Below, in pieces: positions 6,516 through 9,626 of a stretch of 9,626 nucleotides of DNA; positions within the stretch are counted from its first letter, which is position 1, and every line of letters begins with the position of its first letter. The notes beneath the pieces were generated by a model that saw only the letters and a program-made list of their open reading frames with translations, had not been told where the DNA came from and ran no database searches. A program made the position numbers and the translations under genes. Source of the stretch: a virus (taxonomy: Duplodnaviria; Heunggongvirae; Uroviricota; Caudoviricetes); the IMG/VR virus record IMGVR_UViG_3300014749_000041; one strand, written 5' to 3'.

Positions 6516-6707
6516 ATGAGGAAGAACAAAGTGGCTGATTTTTGTTCAGCTAAATATAACATCAGTTTTGAAGAGCGGGATGAACTATTAATGGACTATG
6601 GTGAGTTACGCGGTGGAAGTGCTGCTGATGTCGAATCCTAGCGTGATGACTATGAAGCGGGAAAAACTCCGGTCGAAGCATATTGTGATGAGTGGGGCGA
6701 TGAATGA
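6516..6707 (+). pseudogene. Small ORF interrupted by an in-frame amber codon (TAG 6639-6641)
   Basis: MRKNKVADFCSAKYNISFEERDELLMDYGELRGGSAADVES-TAG-RDDYEAGKTPVEAYCDEWGDE-TGA; protein-like on both sides of the stop, weak ribosome-binding site. Confidence 0.25.
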
Positions 6708-6990
6708 GCGAGATTAATTATCAGGAAGGGCATGAAACGGCGGGGCAAGCAAAACCAGTGGCATGGCGATATCGCTACGTGAAAAAAGGCGTTACGGACT
6801 TTCAGGGGAAGTAGTGGTCTGGTGACTGGAAATATGTACCGAAAAAAGAGGATTGTAACGACAGGCCGAACTATCAAATTCAGGCCTTATTCACTGCCTC
6901 ACCAGTCCCAGTTACATCAGAAGAACTGGTTAAAGCTGTGCACTTTTATGAACAACTAAAACGCGAAAATCCACCAACATCCGGCAACTA
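6704..6990 (+). pseudogene. ORF of about 93 codons interrupted by an in-frame amber codon (TAG 6812-6814)
   Basis: MSEINYQEGHETAGQAKPVAWRYRYVKKGVTDFQGK-TAG-WSGDWKYVPKKEDCNDRPNYQIQALFTASPVPVTSEELVKAVHFYEQLKRENPPTSGN-TAG. The downstream 56 codons have no start codon of their own; GGGG SD-like element 7 nt upstream of the ATG. Confidence 0.3.
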
Positions 6991-7245
6991 GATTAATGGA
7001 TTAACTATGTCGGTTAAACGACCAGCCAACTGAAAAAGCGGAAACCTGATTACAGGTTGCCAGATAAGGCAATGAGCTACCTGGCGCGGAACGGACTGAT
7101 AAGTATGGGGAATGTTTTACGATGAACCTTTAGACTAAAGAGTTTGTAACGCTATGTAAGTGATTTTTTCTGGTTTAGATATTTATATGTCCGGCCAAAT
7201 TGAGGTGTGTTTAAATGTAATTGCACATTGATTGTAGGAGGAATA

Positions 7246-7425
7246 ATGAAAAACGCATTGCAGTTTTTGTTTGTTGCGTTCTGGTTGTTCGCATCATGTA
7301 TGCCCATCATCTTCACAGCAAGGTATATGGAAAAAGTTGATGTTTTGATATTAATATTTGGATATATAAATGCCCTTTTTTTAGGGGTGTTCATGGCGGT
7401 CATGTGCATTGAATACTGGCGGTAA
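7246..7425 (+). CDS. Small hydrophobic protein, two predicted transmembrane helices (59 aa), function unknown
   Basis: Consensus AGGAGG Shine-Dalgarno (7236-7241) 4 nt before the ATG; MKNALQFLFVAFWLFASCMPIIFTARYMEKVDVLILIFGYINALFLGVFMAVMCIEYWR has two hydrophobic segments; AT-rich codon usage unlike neighbours. Confidence 0.5.
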   Translation: MKNALQFLFVAFWLFASCMPIIFTARYMEKVDVLILIFGYINALFLGVFMAVMCIEYWR

Positions 7426-7480
7426 ATACAGCGAACTCCATTGGTTTAGTTGGATATTTACTGTGCTGGACAAAAACGGT

Positions 7481-7508
7481 TTGCGGGGAAATCTTAGTTA
7501 AGTAGAAT
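7481..7508 (+). promoter_or_regulatory. Candidate hok mRNA promoter
   Basis: -35 TTGCGG (7481-7486), 16-nt spacer, -10 TAGAAT (7503-7508). The implied start lies just before GGTGCTTGAGGCTATCTGCCTC, which resembles the 5' end of plasmid R1 hok mRNA (GGCGCUUGAGGCUUUCUGCCUC) as recalled. Confidence 0.3.
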
Positions 7509-7683
7509 GACTGCGGGTGCTTGAGGCTATCTGCCTCGGGCATGGACACCAACGGCAGATAGAGAAAAGCCCCAGTTAACATTACGCGTCCTGCAAGACG
7601 CTTAACATTAATCTGAGGCCAATTTCATGCTAGACACATGTAGGTTAGCCTCTTACGTGCCGAAAGGCAAGGAGAAGCAGGCT

Positions 7684-7725
7684 ATGAAGCAGCAAAAGGC
7701 GATGTTAATCGCCCTGATCGTCATC
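7684..7725 (+). CDS. hokD: Hok-family toxin (HokD/Gef-like), 5' fragment only - cut after codon 14 by the N-gap
   Basis: AAGGAG Shine-Dalgarno then ATG; MKQQKAMLIALIVI matches the HokD (RelF) N-terminus as recalled. The upstream leader resembles the hok/sok leader (GGTTAGCCTCTTAC…AAGGAGAAGCAGGCT ATG). The ORF is interrupted by N-run 7726-7735. Confidence 0.7.
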
Positions 7726-7735
7726 NNNNNNNNNN
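7726..7735. other. Run of 10 N (assembly/scaffold gap) inside the hok ORF
   Basis: Literal N characters; the 15-mer GGAGAAGCAGGCTAT occurs on both sides (7671-7685 and 7738-7752). Confidence 0.9.
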
Positions 7736-7752
7736 ACGGAGAAGCAGGCTAT

Positions 7753-9490
7753 TGTTAACACCAAGCTGTAATGTCCCCTTTGAACCATTCTAAAATGTCC
7801 CCAGACAATTCTCTGGGGGATTTTTCATGATCAAAGAGACTGTTACGATGAGTCATAAGGAACTCCACCGACTTCAGATTATTCAGGAACAAGCTGCGGC
7901 ACGCATTGGCATTTCTATTCGGCAGGTTAAACGTCTGGTGCAACGGTATAGAAATGAAGGGCCTTCTGGTCTGGTTTCCCACCGACGTGGAAAGCGTCCT
8001 AATAATTCCTTTTCTACTGAATTCAGAGCAACAGTAATTTCACTCCTCAAAGGCCGTTACGCTGATTTTGGACCTACGTTTGCGTGCGAAAAATTGCGCG
8101 AGATACACGGTTTATCTTTATCCGTTGAAACTCTCAGAAAGTGGATGATAGAAGAGGGGTTATGGCGTGAACGCCGTCGTAAAATTGCCCGTATATATCA
8201 ACGCCGCATGCGACGACCATCTTACGGTGAACTGATCCAGATTGATGGCTCACCTCATGACTGGTTTGAAAATCGAGGCCCCAGATGTACACTGATCGTT
8301 TTCATTGATGATGCCACCAGTGCGTTGATGGCGTTGCGTTTTGTGCCTGCTGAAACAACCCGGGCTTACATGGAAACCCTCCGGGGTTACCTTAATGATC
8401 ATGGCGTACCGCTCGCTCTCTACTCTGATAGACACAGTATATTCAGGGTAAATAACCCAGAGCGGGAAGGTGAGCTGACCCAGTTCACTCGTGCGATAAA
8501 GACACTGGGCATCGAGCCAATCCATGCCAACAGCCCGCAGGCAAAAGGGCGGGTAGAGCGCGCCAATCAGACACTACAGGACAGGCTGGTCAAAGAAATG
8601 CGGCTTCAGAATATCAGTGATATTGAAACAGCAAATGCATGGTTGCCGACCTTTATTGAAGCCTATAACAACCGGTTCGCTACGTCGCCTCGTACTACTG
8701 ATAATGCTCATCTTGATGTGCACCATTCTGAAGAGGAACTGGGTTATATCTTCAGCCTACAGGCGAAGCGCGTTCTGTCTAAAAATCTCACTTTCCAGTA
8801 CAAAAGCAGTGCGTTTCAGGTACGCAGTGAGGGCCGGGGATATCGACTTAGGCATTCGGTTGTTACTGTATGCGAGAACTTTGACGGTGAAATTAACGTT
8901 CTGTATGACGGGAAAGCGCTGGGCTGGGAAAAGTATGTTGATGGCCCGGAGCCTATACCACTGGATGATGAAAAGAGTGTCCATGAACGAGTGGATAATG
9001 CCCGTATTGATTTACGCTCAAAATACTATGTTAAACCTAAAGCTGACCATCCCTGGCTTACGCGCCGAACGCAAAGTCATCAGCAAGTTAAGCCCCCGAA
9101 GTTACCTAAAAAGAAGCCTGATCCCGATAAAAAAGATTGAAACCAAGATCGATTCGGTTGAGTGCATATCCATTCATAGGGTAGATTCTTAAGTCGCGTT
9201 TCTGGTGTTCATTTTCGGGTGGTTTGTTACTTGTTTTACCGGGGATATGCCAGAAACGCGCTGAGTCAGTCTGGGCGGTGCGCGTAATGAGGCGTTATGG
9301 TAAATAGCCTATGCTAATGTCCGCTAAGAGCAAGAAGCGGAAGTTGGCAGTTTTGTGGACTGTCCCCACAAAAGTGACTACAGAAATAGTTGCAATTCAT
9401 AATTGATCATGGGTTGTCAGTTAAACTCGTGGCGATTTAAATAGACTAATTGGGAGTGCGTCCATTACTTATATCTTGTAATGTTAACTA
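7753..9490 (+). mobile_element. Insertion-sequence-like element carrying the transposase (boundaries not resolved)
   Basis: Similarity to the hok region stops at 7752 and the next bases begin TGTTAACA…. A matching terminal inverted repeat was not found; only a weak TGTTAAC-like match near 9482-9489. Both ends are approximate and the element may extend beyond the window. Confidence 0.25.
7827..9140 (+). CDS. DDE transposase with integrase-core (rve-type) catalytic domain and N-terminal HTH; IS481/ISNCY-like
   Basis: 437-aa ORF with GGGGGA SD-like element 5 nt upstream. N-terminal HTH-like IGISIRQVKRLVQRY; catalytic candidates QIDGS, LYSDRHSIF and GRVERANQTLQ with D-(about 65)-D-(about 38)-E spacing; basic C-terminal tail. 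Family assignment is by motif only. Confidence 0.85.
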   Translation: MIKETVTMSHKELHRLQIIQEQAAARIGISIRQVKRLVQRYRNEGPSGLVSHRRGKRPNNSFSTEFRATVISLLKGRYADFGPTFACEKLREIHGLSLSVETLRKWMIEEGLWRERRRKIARIYQRRMRRPSYGELIQIDGSPHDWFENRGPRCTLIVFIDDATSALMALRFVPAETTRAYMETLRGYLNDHGVPLALYSDRHSIFRVNNPEREGELTQFTRAIKTLGIEPIHANSPQAKGRVERANQTLQDRLVKEMRLQNISDIETANAWLPTFIEAYNNRFATSPRTTDNAHLDVHHSEEELGYIFSLQAKRVLSKNLTFQYKSSAFQVRSEGRGYRLRHSVVTVCENFDGEINVLYDGKALGWEKYVDGPEPIPLDDEKSVHERVDNARIDLRSKYYVKPKADHPWLTRRTQSHQQVKPPKLPKKKPDPDKKD

Positions 9491-9626
9491 TCAGAAATGA
9501 TACAAAGATAATATGTCTTTAAAGAAAAGGCTGATGGCGAAAAGTGGCCCGATGAGGGAGCCTGTTCAGGATTCTGTGTAAATACCTTTTCTCAGAAGTG
9601 GCCGGCCCAGGGGGCACCGAAACCCG

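Noticed and set aside
6650-6877. Minus-strand 75-aa ORF
   Set aside because: Antisense to the stop-interrupted plus-strand frame, proline and phenylalanine-rich low-complexity product.
6094-6990. Alternative genetic code or global amber suppression as explanation for in-frame stops
   Set aside because: Intact genes in the window terminate normally with TGA or TAA and none use TAG; internal stops are confined to one decayed segment, so local pseudogenisation is more parsimonious (kept as a finding with that caveat).
7152-7582. Minus-strand ORFs 7152-7409 and 7400-7582
   Set aside because: Antisense to the small membrane protein gene and hok promoter region; low-complexity; no start context.
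7100-7683. Expected relB/relE genes upstream of hokD, as in K-12 relBEF
   Set aside because: Scanned all plus-strand frames for RelB or RelE-like sequence and found none; the region instead carries the small membrane protein gene and a hok-type leader.
8250-9192. ORFs 8250-8525 (-), 8617-9192 (+) and 8757-8984 (-) inside the transposase gene
   Set aside because: Alternative-frame or antisense shadows of the 437-aa transposase ORF.
1-9626. CRISPR array, tRNA or rRNA genes
   Set aside because: No regularly spaced repeat-spacer structure and no tRNA-like or rRNA-like sequence recognised; the only periodic repeats are the iterons inside the initiator gene.

Overview
This window reads as the immunity/early region of a Qin-like (Dic-type) defective lambdoid prophage of Escherichia coli, identified from recalled protein and RNA sequences and gene order, not from any search. 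The minus strand of the left half carries the cell-division-inhibitor operon ydfA-ydfB-ydfC-dicF-dicB-ydfD followed by a large ydfE-like ORF that runs off the window start and is broken by a 10-N gap. The repressor pair dicA (minus) and dicC (plus) sit divergently at 3105-3826 with shared operator-like motifs. Rightward of dicC are a YdaT/CII-like gene, a replication initiator with an embedded iteron-type origin and a DnaT-like C-terminal tail, a Ren-like gene and a probably truncated amino-methyltransferase. The stretch 6094-7200 is a decayed zone of stop-interrupted frames. It is followed by a strongly SD-led small two-helix membrane protein gene, a hok/sok-type toxin locus whose HokD-like ORF is cut after codon 14 by the second N-gap, and a 437-aa integrase-core DDE transposase whose element ends I could not resolve. 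No CRISPR array, tRNA or rRNA was seen. The points most worth follow-up are the embedded origin, the hok locus with its own leader where K-12 has relBE, the stop-interrupted frames and the orphan membrane protein.
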